A stretch of DNA of 63,981 bases, the filler included, from Jimgerdemannia flammicorona (Eukaryota): the NCBI GenBank assembly GCA_003990765.1. It is 3 parts of 3 records of this genome, joined end to end, with 100 filler letters (N's around TTAATTAATTAA, not from the genome) between each part and the next. Parts side by side here need not be neighbours in the genome. Positions count along the whole stretch, not along the records: positions 1 to 21,447 come from RBNJ01001450.1; 2 more parts are not named here. One strand, written 5' to 3'. How positions within the stretch are numbered: position 1 is the first letter of the stretch; each line of letters begins with the position of its first letter. The notes under the pieces were generated by a model that ran no database searches, was not told where the DNA came from, and saw nothing but the letters and a program-made list of their open reading frames with translations. A program made the position numbers and the translations under genes. Of the stretch, positions 1-13,478 are shown piece after piece.

Positions 1-1683
1 TTTTTTTCTTTTATTTGCACTTTGCTTCACAAAAAAAAAAAAAAAAGTGGAAGGGCGAGAGGCCCGGCGTGAGAATATATAACCCCTTGATATGTAATTC
101 TAGGCGTTACTCCTGCCACGTTGCACCGAACTCAATGGTACCTCATCTTCCCTTTCAGAGATTCCCGTCCGCCGTCGTAAATATTCCTAACGCACCACAA
201 CGTACCGCAAGGCTTCTGGGCCAATACTATCATCTCACAGCTTATCGAAATTTTAGGACAGCGTCCGAGTTGTCGTCGTAGATGATAGGAAGGACTGACG
301 TGAGCGAGATTTGGGGATGGAAGGATATGGGCGATATGCAGAGGCGCGCGAGCGGGAAATTATATACGGTAAGTCGATGAAGGTGACTTGGCCAGAAGGA
401 TGGGTTAGTCCGGTGTGTTTGTTTGGTGTGTGCGACGGACTAGGGGAATATCTAACGGTAAGGGAGATGACCGTGATAGGATGGTATTGAGGGGTTTCTG
501 CGGGGTTGGTCGATTCGTTGCACTTGGTGATCGAAAGGAGACCAGTGGTCTGTAATGTAATCTACTAGGTGAGGAGGTAGTCATCATGGTGAGGAAGTGA
601 GAAAGTTTGAAACTATGATGGGATTGGGATTAATGTCTATTTCAGTTGTAGTCGAGCTTTGATCTCTGGGTGTGGATTACGGAGTGGTTAGACGGGGTTC
701 AAAGCAAGTGGTGAAATCGGGATTTGAGGGAAGGGAAAGGGAGCGGAAGATGGGAGGGGAAAGAACGGAAAAAAAAAAAAATGCATCGTTGGCGTCTGCG
801 TAAAAGCGTGATTGCAACGTTTATAATTGGAATTCGAAATATATATATATATATATGTTTGGGGGATGAGATGGTATAAGAATGCGAGATCTCTTTACGC
901 TAAGGCTACCGACAAGCAGTTTTTTTTTTTTTTTTTTTCCCTGTTCTGAGAGGGTGCGCGGACGAGAGGTGACGAAGTGTCCGTGTCGTAGACATGTGAA
1001 GTTAACGCCTTTTACCGTAGGGCTAGTGATCGGCGGCCCTGCTTCTAATATTGACGTTCAGTTGCTACCTAGCCGTGAGCGTTTCGTTATTATGTTTCCT
1101 GTTGCCTACCAGAGAAATACATTTGTGTTTCGTGCGAACAGCCGCCGGTGATCCAGTCGATGTTTTGGTTTAGTCATCCCACAATGGGGATACGACCTGG
1201 GATGGGCTGCTGCACTCACCTCAGAGGTGCCCCTGTTTGCCCTCAAAGACATAAAGCTAAGTGTACGCTTTTGATGTCCAAAGAAAAGCTGAGCAATATA
1301 AATAGGCGTTACCTTTTCGGTAGTTGTCAGCAATACCAATAAATAATAATGGTCCCTCTGGCCTTGGCGACCAGCAGATTGTAAAACTTGGTACCTTTTT
1401 TTTTTTTTTTTTTTTGGTCGAGTTCTACACAGTGAACACCAAATGGCTCCTTGACGAGCAGTGGGCCATTCAATCTTCCACAAAACGTGCCATCTGGGAA
1501 GATGCCGGATCAGATGACATCACTTCTATATATGTATTTAATGTGTGTGGAATAATTCTTACAAGATCTATCTGTATAAAGTGAAATCACTGAAGAAAAT
1601 AAATACATAGATAAAAACAAAACATAACTCTTGTTAAATAACGAGGAATATATAACCATGACGGCCATCAACATTAACATTAG

Positions 1684-3066
1684 CTATTGTCTGAGTTGTC
1701 TAAGTGAAATTCTTCGGCGGAACCACGGCAGCTGCTGAGTCGGTTGCAGGCAGTTAACGTGGTTATCCACTGCTATCGCCACATCCGGTTGCCACCCTTC
1801 CATCTTCAGCCATGTGTTCGCCCGCCGGCAAAACCCGTTTCGCTTCATAAAATCCCGGACACCACTATCCAAATGTTCCGGAAGGACGATCTCGTGAATT
1901 TTCGGATATGCGATCACCACCTTTTCCACGAACGACTGCCGAAGCGCGGTGCAACCCGCCAGTCGCAATGACCGCAGTTTGGGCCAACCCCCGTCCCATA
2001 CCTGGACGCCCTCTCCCGTGAGTTTGGTGGACCCTTCGAGGTCGATGTGCTCGAGCAACCACCCCTGGCGGAACAACACGAAGTTGAGTAGGTTATCGTC
2101 GACCGAGTTATCGCCTGCTAGACAGAGTTGTCTCAGTTTCCGACACCGCCCTAGGAGGATATACGCTCGGTCGATATTAAGCATCCACTCGGAATTGCCC
2201 AAGGTCACGAACACCAAGGACTCGAGTAACGGGCAACAACCCGCCAGGGCCGCGATCGTCTTGTTCATGAAGATCTTGTTCAGGTGCGAACATTTGAGCT
2301 TGCCTGCGAGGGAGTAATGGAAGCGACGCAAAGAAGGCCACGACAGCACAGGTGTCTCGCCGTCGCGTTCGTGGTAGATATCATGGAACTCTACCTCTTG
2401 CAGGGCCGTGCAGCGGCGCAGGGCGACAATCGTCCGGTGGCAAAGGACATAGCGGAAGAGTTTGAGCGACTTGATGCGCGGGGATACGGTGTCAATAAGC
2501 ATCTGGATGCCGCGGTGGTATTTCGCGCCGCCGCCTTCGCCAACAATGGTCAAGCGCGTTAGAGTGGAGCAATAAGGGTGGATTCGGGTAATGATGTCAT
2601 TCATGCGTTGAAGGCGCAAGACAGGTATGTTGTCGATGTTGAGGAGGAGTTCGTTGAGTTTTGGCAGTGGAAGTTTGAGGATTTTCTCGAAAGGGTTCAC
2701 GTTGCTGTCGGAATGTAGTAGGTGGCGACTGATGTTAATTGTCATCCTCTCTATCAGGTTGGCGGGATAAGAAACACCGTTGTGAAAAGATTCGACGAGA
2801 AGGTTGGCGATATGTTCCGACTCGTCTTCCGTGCAACTATAACCATAGAAAAGCGATCGAAAGGTGCCATCGATGATATTTTCGAGCAGCGGACGCGCTT
2901 CCTGGTGCCAGCACCGGCAGACCAACGAACTGTGGAATAAATCAAACGGGATTGCGGGCGGCACGAGGTGCTCCAGCGGCGTAAGGTAACGGAACACCTC
3001 ATGTAGAATGTCGGGGACCAGGAGGGGCGAAGTAGGATTGAGAGTTGATGATATTAGAGTAGCCAT
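1684..3066 (-). CDS. F-box / leucine-rich-repeat (FBXL-like) protein, 460 aa, single exon
   Basis: Uninterrupted 460-aa ORF. N-terminal F-box motif PLLVPDILHEVFRYL...SLVCRCWHQEARPLL. C-terminal LRR-like units (CCPLLESL, CRKLRQLCL, LEHIDLEGSTKLT, WPKLRSLRLAGC). Confidence 0.85.
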   Translation of the reverse strand: MATLISSTLNPTSPLLVPDILHEVFRYLTPLEHLVPPAIPFDLFHSSLVCRCWHQEARPLLENIIDGTFRSLFYGYSCTEDESEHIANLLVESFHNGVSYPANLIERMTINISRHLLHSDSNVNPFEKILKLPLPKLNELLLNIDNIPVLRLQRMNDIITRIHPYCSTLTRLTIVGEGGGAKYHRGIQMLIDTVSPRIKSLKLFRYVLCHRTIVALRRCTALQEVEFHDIYHERDGETPVLSWPSLRRFHYSLAGKLKCSHLNKIFMNKTIAALAGCCPLLESLVFVTLGNSEWMLNIDRAYILLGRCRKLRQLCLAGDNSVDDNLLNFVLFRQGWLLEHIDLEGSTKLTGEGVQVWDGGWPKLRSLRLAGCTALRQSFVEKVVIAYPKIHEIVLPEHLDSGVRDFMKRNGFCRRANTWLKMEGWQPDVAIAVDNHVNCLQPTQQLPWFRRRISLRQLRQ

Positions 3067-5967
3067 TGATTTAAGAATTGGTCACAAGAGTGAAGTACGA
3101 GGAAGCTGCGCCTCGGCTTTGACAGTTTCGGTTTTGCATAAATTTGACGATCCTTATGAGGACGACCAATTAAAATACTCTTAGTCTCCCTTTGTGTTCT
3201 CGGTGACCGATGGATGGAAGGGTACCTGTGGTTAACGAAATCCCGAAATTCCACCACCGGACCAGCAACAATTCCCGTCTCCAGAGTGAAGATTTCTACA
3301 GGTTATGCTCCTGCTTAACAATGGTATTTCACGAGAAATCGTCAACTCCCATAGTCTCTGTCATTTGAATCTTTGACAAGACCAAAAGGCAGAACGAGCA
3401 TGGTGGAAATAATTAGTTAATATTCAATTAAGTCATATCCCGACAAATATGCCTGCATGACGTAAATGACGTAAGGGACGGTGTCAATCCCTGCTCTATT
3501 GGGACGTAAAAGAGTTTGTGGCTTAGTTGATCTTGAGTCTAAACATGGACCTTCCGAAACCCACAACCTATCACTTCACTGACCAGAGGATTATAGCAAC
3601 AATGAATTGAAAACTCTATGGCTGGAAAAATACGGCAACAGGTGTAACTGTCATGCATCATTCTGTGGTGGGTCGCGAAATTCACATTCCGAGGGGCTAA
3701 CTCGTTCTTTATAGTTTGCGCATGATGGTTTCGGAGAGTTTTTTTTTTAAAAAAACTTGTTTAGTTGCTCGCCTTCAACCTCTCTCCCCCCTTTTCGCCA
3801 TTCCGTGCTATAGTCACTCCTGTGCGGGTATCGCTGACATGGGCATAAGGTGGATATGGTTGAAGTGTTCTTGGTGAGTAGGGATAGGGTGTGGGAAGGG
3901 AATGAGCAAGTGTAGGGAGATGGACAGGTGGAATAGAATGATGTGTAGACGAACCGGAAATCTGTTGATGGTGGAATTCTAATCATTTGCTATCTATTAT
4001 TCACACCCTTAAGAACAGCAAAGAATCACCGTCTGGAACCCTATGTAACAGCTTTATCGCCTCAAATAATATATTCGTGTATTCACGGATCCCATGACTC
4101 ACACACCCATTCCGCATATGCGTTGGTGGCACGGTTTTCCACCCCTCCTGGGTTCTAAAAATCGCAAGCTTGACGCCGGGCCGTCCGCGTTCACGCCGCT
4201 CTCCAGGCCGCACCCTCTTCCAACAGCGGCCGCGGAACCTCGGGTCGTCCACGAACCCAAGGAGGTTTCGGCACCCGTTGAAGATGAGGATGGGAACTCG
4301 GGAGGAGGAAGAGATGGGGAGGGTGAAGAAGGTTGTTAGGGGGGAGGGTGAGAATCTGGATCCTAATTGGAGGAATGGGATGGTGAGTATTGAGAGAAGA
4401 TTTTTGTGTGAGAAGAATGGTGGTGCGTATATTATATCGTGAGCGGTAGATAATAGCAAACCGATTCACTTCCGCATGCGTTCGACTCTCCCACCTTCAG
4501 GTCGCGGGAGAGATCGAGGAGAAATTCCGTGGCGCTTTTAGGGGATCTGTGGGTTCGTGGGTCTGTGGATGGTGATTTAGAATGGTTTTACTTAGCCATC
4601 AGCGACCCATAATAATCAACTGGTTTCATGCCATTCCTACACAATGCATGCGACCACCAAATTGGACGAATCAAGCCTATCTGCTCCAATTGTCCGTACA
4701 TTATGTTGGTTGCGTGTGACGTTATCGAATGACGCGTGAGCTCGGTAAAGCCGCCACATGGCTGACTACGATGTTATGTACACTGGCATTCTGCTAGATA
4801 TTGCTATGATACTTGTCACAGATAGCCCTTGACATCATCATTATTCACATATTACGACTTTGTATGTTCTTATTCTTGCACTTCCCGCTTTCGTTGAAGA
4901 CATCTGTTTATTTTTATATATAGATCAATAGCCTTCTAGCGCCACCCTCTGCATTGCCATCAATTGCTGGTTCATTTTTTCCGTTTCTGATTTGTTTCTA
5001 CCGTCCGCTCCTCTTTTACTTTGCACACATCCATAAGCTCTTAACTCAACGTCCTAAATGCTTGGATTTATCATCGCTTGCGCAAAGTTGTGCTTTCTCA
5101 TAACGGGAGACCGGTTTTTATTACAATATATTTGAATTGAATTCTTTGGAAACGTGTTGATACTGAACATTCCCTATGCGTTTCAAACGTTTTTGTAACA
5201 TGCTTCCCAAGCGCTTTTGGAGAAGGTACATTGCACCGAACAATGATGGGAACCCATCATAACCTCTCTTCGCACCGACCTTGACACCGGAGGCCTTGAA
5301 CCCATCCCACAAAATGCCGCCACCGGGCATCATCACCTCTGTAGGGTTACCTCCTATCCGCAGGATACTAACGGGAATTGTATCGTTTGAATATATGTTG
5401 TCAAATGTGCAGAGAGAAACATTGGAGGTGGTAATAAACATAGGCCAGAAATGAACGCTGTCCAAGTCAAACCTGTAGACTCCAAACCAACCTCACAAGC
5501 ATTACCTAAAATCCTGCGGGCGGAGACTAATTGAGCACACCAAGTCGTGAGCGCAGAGCGTTGAAGATGAGACCAGGAAAAGCAAGTCCACTCCTCTGTA
5601 CGATTTGCACTTTGTCCACCCTGAGCTCACTGTAATACACAAACAGCGTGATCTGTTCAATTCTGGAATGCAGGCTATCAACTCATTCCGGCATACCCGA
5701 TTCTTCACTGTGGGACAAATTGAGATATTCTTTATCGATTGGCAATCCGTTTTCCAAATCTACCGGGTCCTAAGCCCACCGCGAATATGTATACATTTGT
5801 CGTTTAAATGAATACTAGATCCCACTCTGCATACATTAGTTTGATTCCAGCTGCATCGCAACATACGACCATGGGCTGATTTAAAAAGAAAGAAAAGAAA
5901 AAATCGCCCCGATAATTCCTGCACGGGCGGATGAAAATGCTCTCCTAGATTTCAAGGTTAGTAAGAG

Positions 5968-6145
5968 TTTTTTTTTTTTTTTAAAAAAAAAATATTTATT
6001 CAGCCTAACTAAATCTATCTACACGAGAATGTTCTCATGCCACAACAGCAGCTAGCAGCTCAGAAGGAGAGTCCTAGGATCCCCCAACCCACTCTCCCCT
6101 TTCACCTCATCCCCAACCCCAGCCCTCCACCTCACATACCCAAAT
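5968..6145 (-). mobile_element. Possible short 5'-truncated LINE 3'-end remnant
   Basis: Poly(T) followed by TTTATTCAGC..., resembling the 3' end of LINE B (28336 onward), then C-rich sequence like the LINE array. No TSD confirmed. Confidence 0.35.
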
Positions 6146-8021
6146 TTGAAGTGTTTATCCCACGTCTACATGTCCGCCATGAATCGATGCTAACGAATAA
6201 TGTCGACCATCGCCCCAAATTTCAAACTAAACCCTAGCAGACCTGTTCGTCCCTTACAAGTCGGCTTTGAGGGTCCGAGTTGGTCACACCGAATATAAAT
6301 ACGAATACGGACAGCACTTGATGGTCGCACAGTTATGATGCCAAGAATAATAATTCTGGGCACTGAGACCAGTTTCTTTAAAATATCTTGTTTTTAATTT
6401 TGTAGGGTGTAACTTCTTACCGTTGGCTGATCCTAATACTTCCAAACGACATTATACAACCGGATGGAGTCGCTCAAGAATTCAATGTTCTGAATATCTC
6501 GACCACTCTCAGGAGCATCCCACCAGCGGTGAGTATTACAATTGGGCTGCTTTTGCATAAACATGGACCATGCAACGGAATTCTACAGTGTAGATATGTT
6601 GTGATGTCATAGTCTGAAGCTTTACTTTCGCTGCCCAAAACATGACGCCTAATATGGTGGGATATAAACTTCAAATCCTTGGATCAAATAATACCATGGA
6701 TCAAGTGAGTAGTAGAAAGATGACTTGTAGATGCATTTGTATTGTATTGATATTAAAAGGTATGTTTTCTGGTTATGCCATGTTTGTGTACTGTTCAAGT
6801 AGTTTTTGTGGGATTGGCAGCGACGGCAATGTTATGAATTCTAAGAGATAATCAGAAATTCGCAATTATCCATCGCACAAATGTATGAACTGCCGAACCT
6901 GATCGGTTGCGATTCTGGTTCTTCTCCGACCCCCATTTCTTCGCTGTTCCCATTATCGCCAGCGGCTTGCCGCGGGACTCGTGCGTTATGATACTTTTAG
7001 CGTTATATATTGTGGCCCTATGAGTAAGTTTGTTGCTTCGAGATCACATGTGGTATTTAACGACTTCTTGGCTGGTATGACGTAAATAGTTTGCTTGATA
7101 TATATTCCGATGGCCGGGAGACAGATTCCAAAAGTTCAATAGAGATTGGTGCTTTTCGTCATGGGTCTGGCCATGGGCATGGGGCACTTCCGCAGCAATC
7201 TAAGGGACAATCGTGTGAATGTTATTGTAAAGAGACTGTGCAGGTCAGATGGTGGTTGTGTTCGTCTTGCCTTTGGTGAGTTGGGAGAATTCTATAGGGA
7301 TGTGGGGCCTGTGACAAGGATTGGTAAGTTGCAATCGGTTAACAAATGGCAATGGGGAGGTATCATCGGAGTTGGACAGTTGGCGGCACACTAAAACATT
7401 CGGTAATGTGATTGGACAGTTTAGCCAATAGGTCCATTGTAGGATCCGCCTCCAACAACGTAGCTCGTGACCAAAATGCGGCGGGCTTAGCGATGTTTTT
7501 GGTTAACATGGGCTATAGCAAGATTAGTACAAGATCCTGTCGATACAAGTGGAAGAAGAAAGGGAAGAAAGGGACCAAAAACGTCAAAGGTATGACTCGC
7601 TAAAATTAACGAGAAAAAAAAGAAAAAAAAAAAATGGCCTAGTGATCGTTCATCGACCCGTCTTGTGAGCGCCAAGACATGGGCATCAGGGCCGATCCCT
7701 CCCACCGGCTCCTCGACCATCGTGATAAACACAAGGAATTAAAAATAATTGAAGCTGACGTGACTGCATGAGTGGCGGGTGGCGAGCGTAATGGGTGTGT
7801 TTTAATAACTTTATGCGGTTCCCCCGTCCAGCGGTCTTGAAGCGGCAGGTAATACACAGTGAACGGGCTGGGTTGGGAAAATGAGAGCGTAGAATCCGGC
7901 ATGAGCTGGTGGAAACAAAACTTGTAATTGTAAAACTGTGTTAAGATGGGGGAGTGGGGGGGATCAGAACCAGTAAGTCCCAATTTGTCCTACATACGTT
8001 GTATGTAATTGTAGGTCTAAA

Positions 8022-8053
<32 letters not shown>

Positions 8054-8481
8054 GCAATTCACCACCAACGTTTTCGGCCAATCCGGAAAAAGCAGGCTTG
8101 TCCTTAATTTGTCACTAATTGGCGGTGAGCTGCCAAGCATGATGGGGCCAGCCAAAATAACTGTTCGGCGGCATCGTCGGTTATCTTCAACCGCTGCCCA
8201 GAACGAACCCCAAGATAACGCATATTCACAGAGTGAGCGCTCCGGATCGATCAGACCGCTCACAAAGAGAGAATTGCACCTAAACCCGTACCACCTTTAC
8301 ACAAGAACCGGCAGCATGCACGGCACCGGAAATCTTTCGGAAGACATTTAAGGGCACCATCTCCATAACCGAACTGGCATGACCATATATGATGTCACCC
8401 ACGTGGAAGAAAGGGGTCAACTTGCTCTGGTCAAGTGGGATAAATACCTCGATGGACCCCACATTCCTCATAATAACCACA

Positions 8482-9564
8482 ATGGCAGAAACCAGCAGCT
8501 CCAATGAGTTTAGGATTATTCAGAACCGCAAGTTCACGAGCGGCAATACTCGATACGTTTTGCCTTGCGATGAGGCCGAACAAAATCGATTGGACATTCA
8601 ACATAAAATAGTTCAGTGAGTTCATCAACGATGTTGCCGTCATTTCAGCGGACCCGCATAATTCTATCCAATCAAATTCTCCCTCCGCCCGTACTCACAC
8701 CTCCCCACCCTCCCCTTCCCTCACAGCCAATGTTTGCAAGGCAACTTCCTCGCCCCCCTTGACGCCCTGCTCAAACGCGGCATCAACGTCCTAGACGTGG
8801 GTTGTGGTACGGGACGCTGGAGCCTCGACATGGCCAACCAGTATCCAAATTCCACATTCACGGGCATCGACGTGGCCGAGGTTTTCCAGACAAAGAATAT
8901 TCCTCCGAATCTGACTTTGCTCCGGGGTAACACGCTGAAGGGCTTGCCATTCCCCGATGGTTCGTTCGACTACGTGTTTCAGAGGTTCCTCTACCTAGCC
9001 TTCTCGCCCAACGATTGGGACGTTGCCATGCGCGAGCTCGCGCGTATCACAAAGCCGGGCGGTTGTCTGGAATTGATCGAGGGAAGCTTGAACTATCAGG
9101 ACGCGCCGCCGGATTTCGAGCGGGTCTATAGCGCACGTATGTACCACTTCACTACTGCTCACGTTTTGCATCACACCGTCAATCCATTCTACCAAAGCAA
9201 AAGACTTAATCTCCATACTTCCTGTTCCCTAAAATCCACCCCAGTCCGAAAGGCGACGCAAGCACGTGGCGTGGACATCGAGCACGTTGAGAAGCTGGAG
9301 AGCTTCTTCACGGATCAGGGCTTCACAAACGTCGTCTGCCGGCACGTCAGCTGTCCGATTGGTTGGAACGGCCTTGAGGGCGACATGCTTTTAAAGAATA
9401 TCCCACGAGTCATGGAGGCGATGCGGCCGTTCATCATGCCCGTCATGGGCGTGGGACAGGAGGAGTGGGCGGAGATTATGAACAGGCTGCAGCAGCAGTA
9501 TGGCGTGTACAGAACGTATAACATTGTGCCAGTCGGGTATGGGTTTAAGCCGTTGCAAAATTGA
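8482..9564 (+). CDS. Class I SAM-dependent methyltransferase (fungal LaeA-like type), 3 exons: 8482-8615, 8727-9136, 9245-9564; 287 aa
   Basis: Motifs YVLPCDEAEQNRLDIQH, VLDVGCGTGRW, GLPFPDGSFDYVFQR, ELARITKPGGCLELIE and CPIGW. Introns GTGAGT..CAG (8616-8726) and GTATGT..CAG (9137-9244) both splice in frame, giving an 864-nt CDS. Confidence 0.9.
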
Positions 9565-10364
9565 GAAAATAAATTGTAATTTATTCACTATCATTTTGGT
9601 GCAGTGGTTTGAAGGAGCTAGGTCCTTCTATATTGTGGCGTGCGGTTTGTTTCTCTAGTTGCTTCAAGCACGGCTCAATGTGCCACTTGGTGGAGCGCAT
9701 GGTATATGACCGAGTGCGTTTGCGACGGTTGCGGGTCGATGGTCACGTGATCGGTTTGTCCGATTCATACGGTGGAGGCTCAGTTGTTGTTTAGTGGTCG
9801 GTGAATTTTCCTAGCGTGGCGAATTACTTCTTGAATGTATACGGTTCGTGGTGCAGTGGGTAAAAGGGGAACTCGTCTGTCTGACTTGTTAGGTGAATGA
9901 CGACGGTGCTGGCTTTCCTAAGCTAAGTATCCTTGGGTTCCTTGGCTGGGTTTCTGGGCCTTGAATCTCGAATGGTGGTCCGAATGGCGGTTGGTTCCGA
10001 ATGCACGATGGTTGGGTCGAATGCACGACAGTTGGGTTGGTGGGATCTCAGTGGCAGTTGGCAGTTTTCGTGCGGCTTTCCTTAGCAGCAAATCTTGAAT
10101 ATTTTCCATGGCAAGAGAAAATTCTTTAACTCAAACCTCGAGCGATCATTGCTCTAGTTATCTTGTTCTCAGAATTTATCTGGTCTCTTGGAGGCAGTGA
10201 GGTTTCTCTGTAATCCTTTTTACTTTTAAACACAAACTGACTGAGGTTTATTCACTCCAAGATATAGGGTTATTTATATAATTTTGCTAGCTATGGAGGG
10301 GACTAAGGTATACTATGTTGTGGTGGTTTAATTGCTGAATATGGGTGCAACAGTTGTTTGCACC

Positions 10365-10746
10365 GAATTGGGATAAGATGAGTGCTAGTGCTGGATATAG
10401 ATGTTGTGGGTGGTATCACTGAAAACGGATGTTACTGACTCGCTGACAAATGTTGACTGACCAGACTGAGGAAACAGACATTGGATTACTGAATTGAGAT
10501 AAGGTGAGTGCTAGTGCTGGATTCAGTTGTTGGGGGTGATATCACTGGAAATGGATGTTACTGACTCGCTGACAAATGTTGGCTGACCAGACTGAGGAAA
10601 CGGATGTCGGATCACTGAATTGAGATAAGGCGAGTGCCAGTGCCGGATTTGGTTGTTGGGGGTGATATTACTGGAAACGGATGTTACTGACTCACTGACA
10701 AATGTTGGCTGACCAGACTGAGGAAATAGATGTTGGATCACTGAAT
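10365..10746. repeat. Tandem repeat, three ~126-bp units
   Basis: GTTACTGACTC recurs at 10431, 10557 and 10683 (period 126). Confidence 0.9.
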
Positions 10747-11664
10747 GGTAAAGTACCCTTCATCAGTGAACCAATCATCTTGCTGGGTTGTGACTTCTTC
10801 ATTCTGTTCTTCAAAGGGTGGGAGCGCCAGCCAGGAGGTGAGGGGGTAGAATTGTGACCAATCATCTTCGATGACATTCTCCAACCCTTGGACTACTTGA
10901 AGGCAGACAGAGGATTGGTAGATTCTTTGTTCCTCCTCTTCTTCTTCCTCAGATCCTCCAGTTTCCATATTGGTAGGGACTTTTGGGACTTCTTGATTTG
11001 GTTTCCAAACGATGAGGTGCAAATTGTAGCTGACAGGGTAGTGAGTAGTTGGGGTTGCTCCAACAGGTATTGTAATGGTAATGAGTGGTCCTTCAAAGAT
11101 TTCCATGAGACTTATTAGGTGACCTTGATGGTTGTCTCGGAGTGGAGTAATGTGAAAGTCTGGTTAAGTGGGCTTGGTTTGTTGGCTTTCTATAGCAACC
11201 CGGTTACTACCAATAGAGTCAGCTACTTCTGATTCTATCCAGTCTGCATCTTCAGTTGAGAGGTGGGCAAGACTTCCAGTAGTCACTCCTTGTAAGTATG
11301 CTATAGCCCAGGGAATATGGCGGAAGATTTGGTGGACATGGAGGGCTCTCTTGATTAGCTAGCTGGTGGTTAACATTTTGGCAATAAGGTCTTCCTGGTC
11401 GCCTTCTTGGGTTTCATTACAAAGGTGGTGTCCAATTTCGTAATCATATCAGAGGGTCATTTGTTCAGTGGTATCTTTGAGCTGTTGGGTCATTATGTAC
11501 TAGTAATTGATGAAGTGTCCAAGATCCTCAGTATAGAAGTTCAGATGTTCAGAGGTGTCTGGACACCAAATAGTCTTCTTGATAGCTTCAAGGATTAGAG
11601 TCTTTAGGCCAGGCAAGAGGGAAGAGTGGCAGGAGGTCTGGTTGGGGCAGTGGATAGGAGGCAT
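10738..11664 (-). pseudogene. Disrupted copy of the family-X ORF (ORF3 homolog)
   Basis: The ORF fragment MEIFEGPLITITIPVGATPTTHYPVSYN...GLENVIEDDWSQFYPLTSW closely matches 43188-44174. Upstream part has stops. Confidence 0.8.
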
Positions 11665-13478
11665 TGTGTGGTGGGTACTTGTTCTTTGGTGCTGATTTCT
11701 GAGGCAGAGTATGGCTCTTTAAATAACGTAGTCTTCCTTTTGGCTTAGATTATCATTGCTCTTTTTGGGGTGATCACCTAATAGGTCAGGCTGTCTACAT
11801 ATTCGATTGTCATGCCATTATGTCATCTGATCTTAGCAGTTACCAGTACTCCATTATTAATTGCATATGTCACAATATGTCAAAGCACATTTGCAACACA
11901 CCATTCAAAGTTGAATTATCCATCAGTTCATCACATGCACATAACAACATCAGGTACATACTGCCTTGAAAAGCATACGCAGGCATTCTCTGATTGAATT
12001 TGGAACATCACTCTCAGTTTCCATATTTTTATTATATTTGTTGTGTTGTAACTTCAACCCCATATAAAAGATCTTGCCCATAGATGCATATGAATATCTT
12101 TATTAAAACAATGAAAGATAAAAGAATATTAGGGGTCGCACCACAGTGGCCATGGATTTTAGAAGAGTAAGTTCTTCATTAATGTTATTATTTACTCTCA
12201 TGTTGCCAGGATATAGTAGCTGATATCTAGTTATAACTCTTGAACAAGAGATATTTGCAAAATTTCTTTATAATTTTTTTAACTAGTTCTTTTTTTTTTA
12301 CAAAGTTATAATTTTTTTTATTATTTTTTTATTTGAATAATAGAATATAGAGTTTATTTCTTTTAAAGTTAGTCACTTTTATATATAAGAGAAAATTGAG
12401 ACAGTTACTAGAAAATTGATCATTTCTATATTAATAATAGTAATTAGTAATTTCTATTAATTGATAAGTATAATAAACATACAATCCTTTCTCTGCTACC
12501 ATACCAGTTACAAAGTTTTGGTAGACAACCTTCTGAGTCTCTTTTTTACAACTTATATACTCTCTATCTCAGGTTAGTTTACTGTATCTATTGCAGAGTA
12601 GTAGAAGAGAGGCAATAGTAATGTGTTGTCTCTTTATTAGTATCAGATTGGTACTTTCTCTACTTTCTTATAGTTTCTAGTATCTCTGGCTATATCTGGG
12701 GTATATTTATTTTTGATATAGTACTTTCTTCCTTTTGTTGTCACCAATAAAATATTATCTTGATATATTATAGACTATATAGAAAGTTGGCTGACTTTGA
12801 GCATCAAGTGTTAGTATATATTACCTATAAGTCTCCAGTATCTGTAGTAGAGCCTCTGAGCTTTGATAAACTTTCTAATAAATATAGTTTTGATATAGAT
12901 AATTGTTTTTTAGATGAAGTCAAAATAAGAGAGGAGATAGTCATTACAGATAAGAGAAAGAGTAATTACAGTAGATCAGTAGAGTACTAGACTAGTGATA
13001 GTTATTAGGACTATTATAGATACTACTTTAGTAAAGTCTTCTGATTTGTATAGAGTAATTAAGTGATAGATATTATTCTCAATAACCCTTAACAATATAT
13101 ATGTAAGATTAGGCTTTAGTTATTAGAAGTTATTGAGAGATCTAAGACTACTTAGATTAGATATCTTAGTTATACTCAACTAAAACTAGAAGCTGATATA
13201 TATATATAGTAATATGATTGAGACTTACAGGCTTGAGTAGTGAGGTATTGAGGGTCTCTTTTTACCTTATGTATAAGTTCTCTACTCATCTCATTAGAGA
13301 GAACTAGGCTCTATCTACTGTTCTATATTTTTGGAAAAAATTTTCTTTATCTATTACTCTATTTAAAATAGTGAGGACTTTATAAATTAGCTTAGACATA
13401 GACTTATATATATATTGAGATTTCAGATATATACCTTCAGTTATAGATATATAGTTACTTTCTCTCTAGTAGTAGAAA

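Larger units (their letters stand above)
9665..11775 (-). mobile_element. Gypsy-related repeat family X, copy 1 (ORF3 homolog plus LTR-like segment), degraded
   Basis: Reverse complement aligns by eye with 43094-45525 (ORF region, CTGAGGTTTATTCACTC...TTTGCTAGCTATG core, CpG-rich end GGTCACGTGATCGG). Termini are approximate. Confidence 0.8.

Noticed and set aside
15..1584. Short ORFs at the window start, and likewise those at 4001-4469 and 6474-8351
   Set aside because: Short, overlapping, often crossing homopolymer runs, with no motifs.
5121..5760. Possible minus-strand gene fragments (ORFs 5121-5465, 5502-5708)
   Set aside because: No recognisable domain or consistent splice model. Could be a pseudogene but is unsupported.
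10365..10746. CRISPR-like array
   Set aside because: Whole units repeat without unique spacers, the context is eukaryotic, and there are no cas genes.
11780..13470. Degenerate AT/TA-rich sequence, probably an old TE
   Set aside because: No domain or terminus could be identified by eye, so it is left unclassified.
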